Part shown: in pieces, positions 28,301 to 37,289 of the stretch | Layout of the letters: each line of letters starts with the position of its first letter | Position numbering within the stretch: position 1 is the first letter of the stretch | Assembly: GCA_029009095.1 (NCBI GenBank) | Contig: JAQXJT010000014.1 | Coordinates: forward strand, 2,247-66,246 | Length of the DNA: 64,000 bases | Direction: 5' to 3' | Origin: a bacterium | GTDB lineage: Bacteria > Bacillota > Clostridia > Oscillospirales > Oscillospiraceae | The notes under the pieces: model-generated | Told to the model about the DNA's origin: nothing | Database searches by the model: none | Seen by the model: only the letters and a program-made list of their open reading frames with translations | Program-made: the position numbers and the translations under genes

Positions 28301-28794
28301 TGACCATGCCGAAATTCAAAAATCCTCTGGCGGCCGCCGCCGCCCTGGCCGACCGGCTTTCCACCCCCAACGCCGCCCGACGCCGCGCCCCGGAGCGGGC
28401 AGAGCAGCCCGGGATCGACGATCCTGCCGGGAGCGCCAAGGCGGAAACCCCCGCCGCGGAAGCCCCAAAGCCGCCTGCCGCCCCGGAGGCCCCGGACAGC
28501 AGAGAAAGCGGAGATCCCCGCCGCCCTCATGTGCTGCGGGAGATCGTCATTCCCGCGGCGGAGGAGGAAGCGCCGCCCCCGGTGACTTTCTCCTCTTTCT
28601 CCGACCCCGGCGAGGAGGAGGACGGGCCGGCCGCGGAGAGCGCCGCGCCCCCGGCGGAGGGGATCTCGCCCCCCGCTCCGAAACGCCGCCGCTCCGACGC
28701 CGCTTCGGAGCTGGCCTCCAGCGTCTGGGCCGCCGCCATTTTGCTGGCCGTGGCCTGCACCGTGGTCGCCTTTTTCGTGGGAGCGCTGAGCTAA
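28297..28794 (+). CDS. Pro/Ala/Glu-rich tail-anchored protein
   Basis: ATGA-type overlap with the ribF stop. Low-complexity body with a single C-terminal TM (VWAAAILLAVACTVVAFFVGAL). Confidence 0.45.
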   Translation: MMTMPKFKNPLAAAAALADRLSTPNAARRRAPERAEQPGIDDPAGSAKAETPAAEAPKPPAAPEAPDSRESGDPRRPHVLREIVIPAAEEEAPPPVTFSSFSDPGEEEDGPAAESAAPPAEGISPPAPKRRRSDAASELASSVWAAAILLAVACTVVAFFVGALS

Positions 28795-28800
28795 GGAAAG

Positions 28801-28836
28801 AAAATTCGCCGGAGGCTGAGCCTCCGGCGAATTTTT
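28801..28836. terminator. bidirectional rho-independent terminator
   Basis: aaaattcgccggaggc-tga-gcctccggcgaattttt. Confidence 0.75.
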
Positions 28837-28841
28837 CTCGC

Positions 28842-29288
28842 TTACATGCTGTTTCTAATCGCCTGCCGCAGCCGCTCGGAGCGCTGTCTTGCCTTTCTCG
28901 ACAGCTCCCCGTACATCTCTTTACCCCGGCTGCCGGAGCGGGCCGCGTGGGCCGCGTAGCTCTCCGCCGCCCGTTCCTCCCCCAGCGCCGCGCGCCGCAG
29001 CAGCAACAGCGTGGCCTCCCGTTCCCCGGGTAGCCTTTCCCCTTCGCAGCGCTCCCCGGTCATCAGGAAGTATTCGCTCTGGAGCAGCCGCAGCTCGGCC
29101 TGCTTTTCCCGCCGGAGGCTTTCCCCCTCCCGCCATTGCCGGGAGCGCAGCAGCTCGTAGGCTCCCAGCAGCACCGTGGCCTCGCCGATCTCCCGCCGTA
29201 GCTTCGAGACCTCGTCCGTCTCCTCCATCCCTACGCTGACCCGCCGCCAGACCCGATCAAACTGTTCCCGTTCCATCATGTGCTCCAC
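28842..29288 (-). CDS. hypothetical helical protein
   Basis: 148-aa ORF in an otherwise gene-free slot. Arg/Glu-rich helices. No motif recognised. Confidence 0.4.
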   Translation of the reverse strand: MEHMMEREQFDRVWRRVSVGMEETDEVSKLRREIGEATVLLGAYELLRSRQWREGESLRREKQAELRLLQSEYFLMTGERCEGERLPGEREATLLLLRRAALGEERAAESYAAHAARSGSRGKEMYGELSRKARQRSERLRQAIRNSM

Positions 29289-29391
29289 CTCAGAGCAGTC
29301 TATTCCGCCCGGCGTGCGGTGGTTCCCCTTGCAATATGGGCGCGTGTGTGCGATAATGGCGAAAAAAGTCGAACACAGGGGGAATCACACC

Positions 29392-30129
29392 GTGCCAAGA
29401 TTTTTCATCAGCGGCGGCAGCAGCGTCGCCGGAGGGGTCGCCTTCATTGCCGGGGAGGACGCCGCCCACGCCAGAGTTCTCCGTCTGCATATCGGTGACA
29501 GGGTGATCGTCTGCGACGGGAACGGGCAGGATCACCACTGCTCCGTCACCAGGATCTCCCCCGACATGGTGGAGGCGGAGGTGCTGGAGACCCGGTCCTG
29601 CCCCGCCGAGCCCTCCGTGCGCGTTACCGTCATGGCGGGTCTGCCCAAGGGGGACAAGGCCGAGTACATCATCCAGAAATGCACCGAGTGCGGCGCCTCG
29701 GAAATTCTCTTTTTCCCCAGCCACCGCTGTGTGATGAAGCTGGACAGGGGCGCGGGAGAAAAGAAGCTCAGCCGCTGGCAGCGCATCGCCGAGGAGGCTG
29801 CCAAGCAGAGCGGCCGGGGTGTCATCCCCCGGGTGGGGCTGCTGGGCGGGCTGGACGAGGCGTTCAATACCGCCGCCGCCACCGACCTCCCCCTCTTCCT
29901 CTACGAGACCGGGGAGCGGGAGACGCTGAAAGAGGCGGTGGAGTCCGCCGGAGCGATCCGCACCGCCGCCATCATCACCGGCCCGGAAGGAGGCTTCGAG
30001 GGTTTTGAGGCGGAGCTGGCCGCCATGATGAAGCTCCGCGTCTGCTCCATGGGCCCGCGGATCTTCCGCTGTGAGACCGCCCCGGTGGCGGCGCTCTCGG
30101 CGCTGATGTACGCCACGGACAACCTGTAA
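29392..30129 (+). CDS. rsmE: 16S rRNA (uracil1498-N3)-methyltransferase RsmE
   Basis: GTG start giving VPRFFI (canonical RsmE N-terminus), 9 nt after an AGGGGG RBS. C-terminal SPOUT region (GPEGGF). Confidence 0.85.
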   Translation: MPRFFISGGSSVAGGVAFIAGEDAAHARVLRLHIGDRVIVCDGNGQDHHCSVTRISPDMVEAEVLETRSCPAEPSVRVTVMAGLPKGDKAEYIIQKCTECGASEILFFPSHRCVMKLDRGAGEKKLSRWQRIAEEAAKQSGRGVIPRVGLLGGLDEAFNTAAATDLPLFLYETGERETLKEAVESAGAIRTAAIITGPEGGFEGFEAELAAMMKLRVCSMGPRIFRCETAPVAALSALMYATDNL

Positions 30130-30160
30130 AGGAAGATTGGAGTTACCTTTTATGTGAATT

Positions 30161-31171
30161 TTGGATTCCCTTCGGCGTCTGATCGGAGATTTTCGCCTGC
30201 GGGCAGACACCCTGGACCGCCGTCTGGTGGAAAACGGCCAGCGCCTGGACGCTGTGGAGGATACGCTGCGCCACCGGCTGGACGCCCTGGAGGAGACGCT
30301 GCGCCAGCTCCCCACCCAGGGCGGCGAGCCGTGCCCTGGGCCTTCGGAGCCTTCCCTCCCTGCCAACGTGCAGCGGGACATGCCCTACTACGCCATGTGC
30401 GTGCAGGGCTGCACCTATTTCTACCACCACGGCGATCAGATCATCCCCTCGTATATGATCGCCACGGGGCAGACCTTTTCCGAGGAGAACATGCTGGCCT
30501 TTGTGCGCTTGGCCGACTCGCTCTTCTACCACGGCCAGCCCCCGAAGGACGGGGTTTTTCTGGAGATCGGCGCCAACATCGGCACCACCACCGTCTATAT
30601 GAAGAAGAAATGCAAGCCGGAGCTGAAGTTTCTGACCTTTGAGCCGGTGGAGGACAACGCCCGGCTTCTCCTGGCCAACTGCGCCATCAACGGGATCTTT
30701 CCCGACGTGACGGTGGTGCACGCCGCCCTCTCCGACGAGAACCGCTCCCAGGCCACCATCTACGTGAACGCGGAGAACCGCGGCGGCAGCGGTCTGGTGG
30801 AGGTCTGGGAGGGAGACGGGCCCCTGGAAGAGACTTGCACGCTCACCCTGGACAGCTACCTCCGCCGGCAGCCCGCCGGCCCCATCCGCTATGCGTGGAT
30901 CGACACGGAGGGCCACGAGTATCGGGTGCTCCGGGGCGCCCGGGAGACCTTCCTCCAAAGGCGCATCCCCACGGTGCTGGAGTATAACCAGGGCGTTTAT
31001 CGGGACACCGGGGTCTACGAGGACATGCTCGCGCTGCTCGGTGAGCTCTTTTCCTCCTTCCTCGTGTGCTCTGACGTGGCGGCAGGGCGGGATGCCCCCC
31101 GCCCCATCTCCGAGCTACCCCTGGTCTGGGAGGAGCAGCAGCACCTGAGTTGCGACCTCATTTTGTTCTGA
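30161..31171 (+). CDS. FkbM-family methyltransferase with an N-terminal coiled coil
   Basis: FLEIGANIGTTTVY SAM motif and W.DTEGHE motif (AWIDTEGHEYRVL). Confidence 0.75.
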   Translation: MDSLRRLIGDFRLRADTLDRRLVENGQRLDAVEDTLRHRLDALEETLRQLPTQGGEPCPGPSEPSLPANVQRDMPYYAMCVQGCTYFYHHGDQIIPSYMIATGQTFSEENMLAFVRLADSLFYHGQPPKDGVFLEIGANIGTTTVYMKKKCKPELKFLTFEPVEDNARLLLANCAINGIFPDVTVVHAALSDENRSQATIYVNAENRGGSGLVEVWEGDGPLEETCTLTLDSYLRRQPAGPIRYAWIDTEGHEYRVLRGARETFLQRRIPTVLEYNQGVYRDTGVYEDMLALLGELFSSFLVCSDVAAGRDAPRPISELPLVWEEQQHLSCDLILF

Positions 31172-31178
31172 GGCTGTC

Positions 31179-31216
31179 AAAAACCGGGCGTCCCCGCGTG
31201 GGGACGCCCGGTTTTT
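31179..31216. terminator. bidirectional rho-independent terminator
   Basis: aaaaccgggcgtcccc-gcgt-ggggacgcccggttttt between convergent genes. Confidence 0.75.
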
Positions 31217-31244
31217 CGATATAAAAGCTCTTCTCTCGCCGCCC

Positions 31245-31874
31245 TTACTTGGTACCGAAGATGCGGTCGCCCGCGTCGCCGAGACCGGGCACGATGTAGC
31301 CGATCTCGTTGAGGTGCTCGTCCATGGCGGCCACATAGATGTCCACATCCGGGTGGGCCTCCTGCATGACCTTCACGCCCTCGGGGGCGCCGATGATGCA
31401 CATGAGCTTGATGCTGCGCGCGCCGGTCTCCTTCAGGAACTTCACCGCGGCGCTGGCGCTGCCGCCGGTGGCCAGCATGGGGTCGACCACGATCACATCC
31501 CGCTCGCTGATGTCGGCGGGCATCTTGAAGTAGTACTTCACAGGCTCCAGCGTCTCGGGGTCACGGTAGAGGCCGATGTGTCCCACCTTCACATTGGGCA
31601 TCATGGCCACCATACCGTCCACCATGCCGAGACCCGCCCGCAGGATGGGCACCACGGCCAGCTTCTTTCCGGAGATACGCTTGCACCTGGCGATGCCCAT
31701 GGGGGTCTGGACCTCCACGTCCTCCAGAGGCAGATCGCGGGTGGCCTCGTAGCACATCAGCTGGGCGATCTCGCCCACCAGCTCACGGAATTCCTTGACG
31801 CTGGTCTCGCTGTCCCGGAGGATGGAGAGCTTGTGCTGGATCAGGGGATGGTCAAAAACATACACCTTGCTCAT
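31245..31874 (-). CDS. upp: uracil phosphoribosyltransferase
   Basis: Start at [25 protein letters not shown]-binding motif [11 protein letters not shown]. Confidence 0.95.
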   Translation of the reverse strand: MSKVYVFDHPLIQHKLSILRDSETSVKEFRELVGEIAQLMCYEATRDLPLEDVEVQTPMGIARCKRISGKKLAVVPILRAGLGMVDGMVAMMPNVKVGHIGLYRDPETLEPVKYYFKMPADISERDVIVVDPMLATGGSASAAVKFLKETGARSIKLMCIIGAPEGVKVMQEAHPDVDIYVAAMDEHLNEIGYIVPGLGDAGDRIFGTK

Positions 31875-31891
31875 GATCTTTTCTCCTTTAT

Positions 31892-32593
31892 TTAAGTGTT
31901 TTCCTTGCTCAGTCTTTCCTGCCGCTCCCTCTCGGCCTGGGAAAGGCGCAGGTAGATGGGCAGCAGCGTCTCGGCGCTCTGGGGGTTCTTTCCCGCCGCC
32001 GCGCAGCAGACGCCCCAGGCGTTCTGGTAGCGCAGCGCCTCCGCGGCCACGGCGCACTCCACGCCCGCCTTTTTCAGCGCCTCCTCCATGACGGCCCAGC
32101 CGTCGCCCAGCACATACACCCGCCGTCCGCTCCGCCGTATCTCCTCCGCCAGCTCCCCGGCGTCCACGGCCCTGTCCGGACAGAGCCGGGTCAGGCCGCC
32201 CTTCTTCTCAAAGAGCGCGGCATAGACCTGCTGCCGCCTGGCGTCCATGGCCGGACAGATCAGCTCTCCCTCCGCCGCGCCCAGCGCCAGATGGGCCATG
32301 GCCTCCAGCGTGGAGACGCCCACAGCGGGTTTCTCCGCGGCCCAGCAAAGCCCCTTGGCCGTGGCCACGCCAATGCGCACCCCGGTAAAGGAGCCGGGCC
32401 CCTGTGCCACGGCCACGCAGTCGATCTCCTCCGGGGTGAGCCCCGTATTGGCCAGCATACTCTCCGCCATGGGCAGCAGCGTCCGGGAATGGGTCAGCGC
32501 CGTGCGCTGATAGTTCAGCGCCAGCATCTCCCCGTCCCGCCACAGCGCCACGGAGGCGGCCTTGGCAGTGGATTCGATGCCCAGTATCAGCAT
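31892..32593 (-). CDS. tsaB: tRNA t6A biosynthesis protein TsaB
   Basis: [17 protein letters not shown] and [11 protein letters not shown] motifs. Confidence 0.9.
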   Translation of the reverse strand: MLILGIESTAKAASVALWRDGEMLALNYQRTALTHSRTLLPMAESMLANTGLTPEEIDCVAVAQGPGSFTGVRIGVATAKGLCWAAEKPAVGVSTLEAMAHLALGAAEGELICPAMDARRQQVYAALFEKKGGLTRLCPDRAVDAGELAEEIRRSGRRVYVLGDGWAVMEEALKKAGVECAVAAEALRYQNAWGVCCAAAGKNPQSAETLLPIYLRLSQAERERQERLSKENT

Positions 32594-33012
32594 AACTCCG
32601 CCCCCTCTATGGTGATCTCCCGGGCCGTGTCGCCCACCTTGCGGATGGTCACCCGGATCTCCGTGCCGTCAAAGGCCTCGGGCACGTTCTCGCTCCACTC
32701 CACGGCGCACACGCCGCCCCGGGCGAGATAGTCCTCCCAGCCGATGTCGAAAAGCTCATCCGCGCCGCCCAGCCGGTACATATCGAAGTGGAAAAGCTCC
32801 CGCTTTCCGTAAAGCTCGTTGACGATGGTAAAGGTGGGGCTCACAACCTGCCCGTCGACCTCCAGCCCCTGCCCGAGTCCCCGGACAAAGGCGGTCTTTC
32901 CCGCGCCCAGCTCCCCGTACAGGGCGATCACCACGCCACCGGGGGGGAGGGACGCGGCCAGACGCCGTCCCAGCGCCTCGGTCTCCCGTTCATTTGCGGT
33001 GTAATAGGTCAT
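32587..33012 (-). CDS. tsaE: tRNA t6A biosynthesis ATPase TsaE
   Basis: Walker A GELGAGKTAFVRG and SPTFT motif. Confidence 0.9.
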   Translation of the reverse strand: MTYYTANERETEALGRRLAASLPPGGVVIALYGELGAGKTAFVRGLGQGLEVDGQVVSPTFTIVNELYGKRELFHFDMYRLGGADELFDIGWEDYLARGGVCAVEWSENVPEAFDGTEIRVTIRKVGDTAREITIEGAELC

Positions 33013-33109
33013 AGCCGTCCTCCATTCAAAACCGATTTATTTTACACCCGGCGGGGAGGGATGTAAAGATGCTATTTTCCCCCTTTTTCTTCCGCGGCCC
33101 CTTTCCCGG

Positions 33110-33138
33110 TTGCACCGGGCGCGGCTTTGTGTTATAAT
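33110..33138 (+). promoter_or_regulatory. sigma-A promoter for the ftsW/rodA-family gene
   Basis: TTGCAC-17 nt-TATAAT with TGT immediately upstream of the -10. Confidence 0.6.
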
Positions 33139-33203
33139 ACCCGCGTTTACGAGTGTTTTCCGCCCTTCTCCTCGGGGCGCGGCTTTTTCCGGGAGGGATC
33201 ATT

Positions 33204-34349
33204 TTGAAGCAACTGCAAAGTCTCCTGCATGATTTTTTTAAAAAAGCAGACCTCTTTCTGCTGGCAATGTGCTGTTTGTGCGCCGTTTTCGGTCTCTTCA
33301 TCATCGCCAGCGCCACCGCCTCCTACGGCTCGGGCACCTTCGTGGCCGTGCAGCTCTTCGCCTTTTTTATCGGCTTCGCGCTCTACATCGTCTTTACGGT
33401 CATCGACCTGGACATCATCGCGGACAAGTGGCCGCTGCTGGCCGCTTTTGAGTTCCTCTTTCTGGCGCTGCTGATCCCCTTCGGCGTGTCCGGCGACACG
33501 GGCAACTCCGGCTGGCTCCGCTTCTTCGGCATCGGCATCCAGCCCTCCGAGGTGGTCAAGGTGGTGTTCATCATCCTCATGGCCAAGCACATGACCTACC
33601 TGAAAGAGTACAAGGACATCAACAGCGTCCTCTCCATGGCCCAGCTGGTCATTCACTTCGGCGTCACCTTTGTCTGGCTGATGATCACCTCGGACGATCT
33701 GGGCAGCGCCGTGGTTTTCGCCGCCATCTTCGTGGTGATGATGGTGGCCGCGGGCATCAAGGGCTACTGGTTCGCCATCGGCATCGCCGCCGTGGCGCTG
33801 CTCACGCCGTTTCTGTGGAACAACTTTCTGGACGAATACCAGCGGCTGCGCATCCTGGCCCCCTACGACCACGGCGTGGATCCGGACGGCTGGGGGATCC
33901 GCTGGCAGGCCACCCAGTCCACCAACGCCATGAAGGGCGGGCGTTTCTGGGGCATGGGCTACCGCAAGGGCACCCAGACCCAGAGCGAATTCCTCACCGG
34001 CAAACATACGGACTTCATTTTTGCCTCCGCCGGGGAGGAGCTGGGTATGCTGGCGTGCCTGCTCATTCTGTTCCTGCTCTCCGTGATCATCTTCCGCTGT
34101 ATGACGGTGGGCCTCCACAGCAACAACACCTTGAGCTTCCTGGTCTGTACCGGCGTGGCGGCGTCTTTCTTCTTCCAGATGCTGGTCAATACCGGCATGT
34201 GCATGGACATCACCCCCGTCATCGGCATCACCCTGCCCTTCTTCAGCTACGGCGGCTCCTCGCTGATGAGTTCCTTTGCCGCCGCAGGTCTGGTCTCAGG
34301 CGTCAAGTTCCGGCCAACGCCCGGCCGCTTCCAGCGGGCGGTCTACTGA
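33204..34349 (+). CDS. FtsW/RodA/SpoVE-family peptidoglycan glycosyltransferase
   Basis: TTG start 7 nt after GGGAGGGA. SEDS motifs (QPSEVVK, DFIFA, LPFFSYGGSS). Confidence 0.85.
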   Translation: MKQLQSLLHDFFKKADLFLLAMCCLCAVFGLFIIASATASYGSGTFVAVQLFAFFIGFALYIVFTVIDLDIIADKWPLLAAFEFLFLALLIPFGVSGDTGNSGWLRFFGIGIQPSEVVKVVFIILMAKHMTYLKEYKDINSVLSMAQLVIHFGVTFVWLMITSDDLGSAVVFAAIFVVMMVAAGIKGYWFAIGIAAVALLTPFLWNNFLDEYQRLRILAPYDHGVDPDGWGIRWQATQSTNAMKGGRFWGMGYRKGTQTQSEFLTGKHTDFIFASAGEELGMLACLLILFLLSVIIFRCMTVGLHSNNTLSFLVCTGVAASFFFQMLVNTGMCMDITPVIGITLPFFSYGGSSLMSSFAAAGLVSGVKFRPTPGRFQRAVY

Positions 34350-34353
34350 AAGC

Positions 34354-34980
34354 ATGGAGATCTATTGTCTCGATATCCGCGCCTTCTCCCCCCACTGGGA
34401 GGAGGCGCTCGCGCTTGTAAGCGGAGAGCGCCGCGCCCTGGCCCTCCGCCAGCCCACGGAGGACGCCCTCCTCCGCTCCCTGGCCGGGGGGGTGCTGCTG
34501 CGCCGCTTTCTGGGGGACGCCCCCCTCTCCTACGGCCCCCATGGCAAGCCCTTCCTCCCCGGCGGCCCGGGCTTCAGCCTCTCCCACGGGGGAGAGCTGG
34601 CCGTGCTGGCCCTGGACGGGGGAGAGGTGGGCGTGGATGTGGAGAGCGCCCGCCGCCCCTGGCGCACGCGCACGGCGGAGCGGATGTTCCGCCCCGAGGA
34701 GCGCGCCGCGCTCCGCCCCGGAGACGGGGAGGGCTTCTTCACTCTCTGGACGCGGAAGGAGGCCGTGCTCAAATGCTGCGGCGAGGGGCTGCGCCTCTCC
34801 CCCGCCTCCTTCTCCGTGCTGGACGGGCAGTGCTCCCTGGGCGGCGTCGCCTACCACCTCCAGACCCACCTGCTCTCCGGCCATGTGCTCTCTGCCGCCT
34901 CCCTCCGCCCCTCCCCCGCCCGGCCGCGCCTGTTGAGCTGGGAGGAGCTGCTTGGAAAGGAGATGACCCATGCGCTATAA
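34354..34980 (+). CDS. 4'-phosphopantetheinyl transferase (Sfp type)
   Basis: Start MEIYCLDI. Motifs GKPFL, FSLSHGGELAVLAL, VGVDVE and WTRKEAVLK. Confidence 0.8.
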   Translation: MEIYCLDIRAFSPHWEEALALVSGERRALALRQPTEDALLRSLAGGVLLRRFLGDAPLSYGPHGKPFLPGGPGFSLSHGGELAVLALDGGEVGVDVESARRPWRTRTAERMFRPEERAALRPGDGEGFFTLWTRKEAVLKCCGEGLRLSPASFSVLDGQCSLGGVAYHLQTHLLSGHVLSAASLRPSPARPRLLSWEELLGKEMTHAL

Positions 34981-35644
34981 AACCGTCGTCACCGGCGTCT
35001 TTCACTCCCGCCCCAACCGCTTCATCGCCCTGGTGGATGTGGGGGGGCGGGAGGAGGTCTGCCATGTCAAAAACACCGGGCGCTGCCGGGAGCTGCTGCT
35101 CCCCGGGGCGCAGGTGGTGCTCTCCGTCTCCGACAACCCGGCGCGAAAGACCAAATACGATCTGGTGGCCGTATGGAAAGAGGGGACGGGGCTGGTCAAT
35201 ATGGACTCCCAGGCCCCCAATGCGGCCGCCGCCGAGCTGCTGCCCCGGCTCTTCCCCGGGGCGGTCATCCGCGCCGAGCAGCGCTGCGGCCTCTCCCGCT
35301 TCGACTTCTCTCTGGAGACGGAACAGGGCGTGGGATACCTGGAGGTCAAGGGCTGCACGCTGGAGCGCGAGGGCCACGCCTACTTCCCCGACGCCCCCAC
35401 GGAGCGGGGGGTAAAGCACCTCCGGGAGCTGACGGAGCTGCGCCGGCAGGGGCGCTGCGCCGCCGTGCTGTTCCTGGTGCAGATGAAAGGCGTCCACGCC
35501 TTTTCTCCCAACGACGGCACCGACCCCGCCTTCGGCGCGGCCCTCCGGGAAGCCCGGGGCGCGGGGGTGGAGATCCTCTGCTACGACTGCCTCGTGACGC
35601 CTGAGAGCATGATCGCGGATCAGCCCGTGCCGGTGGAGCTGTAG
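34970..35644 (+). CDS. sfsA: sugar fermentation stimulation protein SfsA
   Basis: RPNRFIALVDVGGREEVCHVKNTGRCRELL is the canonical SfsA N-terminus. Confidence 0.9.
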   Translation: MRYKTVVTGVFHSRPNRFIALVDVGGREEVCHVKNTGRCRELLLPGAQVVLSVSDNPARKTKYDLVAVWKEGTGLVNMDSQAPNAAAAELLPRLFPGAVIRAEQRCGLSRFDFSLETEQGVGYLEVKGCTLEREGHAYFPDAPTERGVKHLRELTELRRQGRCAAVLFLVQMKGVHAFSPNDGTDPAFGAALREARGAGVEILCYDCLVTPESMIADQPVPVEL

Positions 35645-35664
35645 GCGATTTTTTCTCCGCCCCC

Positions 35665-35693
35665 TTGCGAAACGGGCAAAAACGGGATATACT
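35665..35693 (+). promoter_or_regulatory. sigma-A promoter for pfkA
   Basis: TTGCGA-17 nt-TATACT. Confidence 0.55.
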
Positions 35694-35737
35694 TTTCCAT
35701 AATAACGCTGCGTGTTGACGCAGATAGGAGTGATCCC

Positions 35738-36727
35738 ATGAAAACTCTCAAACGCATCGGCATCCTCACCAGCGGCGGCGACGCGCCGGGGATGAACCCC
35801 TGCATCCGCGCCATCGTCCGGGCGGCCACCGCCGAGGGCATCTCCTGCATCGGCATCCGCCGGGGTTATGCCGGACTGATCAACAGCGATATTTTTGAGC
35901 TGAGCAACTCCGCCGTGGACGGGTTGACCAAGCAGGGCGGCACCATCCTCTACACCGCCCGCTGCGACGAGTTCCGGCAGGAGGAATACCAGAAAAAGGG
36001 CGCAGCCACCTGCAAGCACCTGGGGCTGGACGGCGTGATCGCCCTGGGCGGCGACGGCACCTTCCGGGGCGCCGAGGCGCTGTCCCGGCAGGGCGTCATG
36101 GTGGTGGGCGTCCCCGCCACCATCGATAACGACATGGGCTGCACCGAGTACACGCTGGGCTTCGACACCGCCTGCAACACCGCGCTGGACGCCATCGACA
36201 AGCTCCGGGACACCGGGCAGTCCCACGAACGGGTCTCCGTGGTGGAGGTCATGGGCCGCAACGCGGGCCATCTGGCCCTCTATACCGGCCTGGCCGCCGG
36301 GGCCAGCGCCGTGCTGCTCCCCGAGCGCCCCGTGAATTTTGAAAAGGATGTGCTGGAAGTCATCCGCCGGGGCTGCATCCGGGGCCGCCGCCACCACATC
36401 GTGGTCATCGCCGAGGGCGTGGGCCACGCCACCACCTACGCCAAACGAATTCAGGACGCCACCGGCATCGAAGCCCGCGTCACCGTGCTGGGCTATATCC
36501 AGCGGGGCGGCGTACCCTCCGCCCGGGACCGGGCCAGCGCCGGACTCATGGGCGTCCACGCCCTGGACTGCCTCCGCCGCTATGACGAGGCCCAGGCCGT
36601 GGTCATCCAGAAGGGCGACATCGCCCACCTCCCCCTCCACGAAGCCAACGGCATGGTTCGCTCCCTGGACGAGACCATGTCCACCATCTGCAACCGGGTG
36701 GACGGTTCCTGGTACTGGGACCGATAA
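35738..36727 (+). CDS. pfkA: ATP-dependent 6-phosphofructokinase
   Basis: GILTSGGDAPGMN, GGDGT, PATIDND and MGR motifs. Confidence 0.95.
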   Translation: MKTLKRIGILTSGGDAPGMNPCIRAIVRAATAEGISCIGIRRGYAGLINSDIFELSNSAVDGLTKQGGTILYTARCDEFRQEEYQKKGAATCKHLGLDGVIALGGDGTFRGAEALSRQGVMVVGVPATIDNDMGCTEYTLGFDTACNTALDAIDKLRDTGQSHERVSVVEVMGRNAGHLALYTGLAAGASAVLLPERPVNFEKDVLEVIRRGCIRGRRHHIVVIAEGVGHATTYAKRIQDATGIEARVTVLGYIQRGGVPSARDRASAGLMGVHALDCLRRYDEAQAVVIQKGDIAHLPLHEANGMVRSLDETMSTICNRVDGSWYWDR

Positions 36728-36735
36728 GCTCCCCT

Positions 36736-36770
36736 CCCCCGGCCGGGTATGTGGGCCGGGGGCTTTTTTT
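36736..36770 (+). terminator. rho-independent terminator after pfkA
   Basis: cccccggcc-N9-ggccggggg followed by cttttttt. Confidence 0.75.
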
Positions 36771-36833
36771 GCCCTCCGCCCCTGTCACTTTTTCCCTTCC
36801 CGACACTATTTGTAAAAAATTGTCATTTTTCTC

Positions 36834-36862
36834 TTGACAAAAGGAGACGACTGTTGTAGTCT
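36834..36862 (+). promoter_or_regulatory. candidate promoter of the BlaI/BlaR1-like operon
   Basis: TTGACA at 36834-36839 and a weak -10 (TAGTCT) 17 nt downstream, inside the operator palindrome. Confidence 0.4.
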
Positions 36863-36887
36863 CTAAGCAGATTACAACTGTCGTCTC
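36844..36887. promoter_or_regulatory. 19-bp-arm inverted repeat (candidate BlaI-family operator)
   Basis: gagacgactgttgtagtct-ctaagc-agattacaactgtcgtctc, 17 of 19 arm positions complementary. Contains TGTA/TACA half-sites. Lies 19 nt upstream of the regulator ATG. Confidence 0.6.
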
Positions 36888-36905
36888 TATCAGGGAGGGA
36901 GATCC

Positions 36906-37289
36906 ATGAACCAACTGGCCGAAAAGATTTCCGACGCGGAGCTGTCCATCATGCAGGTGCTCTGGGACGCGGAGGAGGGTCTGTCCATGACGGAGCTTCG
37001 TCGCCGTGTCCAGCAGCGCACCACATGGGGCAGCACCACGGTCAAGACGCTGGTGCAGCGTCTCACCGCCAAGGGCGTGCTCCGGCAGGAGAAGAGGGAG
37101 GTCTTTTACTACATACCCCTCATCACCGAGGCGGAGTACAACGCCTCCGCCAACAAGAGCTTCATCAACCGGGTCTACCGGGGCAGCGCCCGGGATCTGG
37201 TGGCGGCGCTGCTGCGCTCCAACGATCTCAGCGACGAGGATGTATCGGAGCTGAGAGAGCTGTTCCATGTGGAGGGCGCCGATGAGTAA
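36906..37289 (+). CDS. BlaI/MecI/CopY-family transcriptional repressor
   Basis: Winged-helix N-terminus (ISDAELSIMQVLWD...TELRRRVQQRTTWGSTTVKTLVQRLTAKGVL) and C-terminal dimerisation helix. Confidence 0.85.
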   Translation: MNQLAEKISDAELSIMQVLWDAEEGLSMTELRRRVQQRTTWGSTTVKTLVQRLTAKGVLRQEKREVFYYIPLITEAEYNASANKSFINRVYRGSARDLVAALLRSNDLSDEDVSELRELFHVEGADE

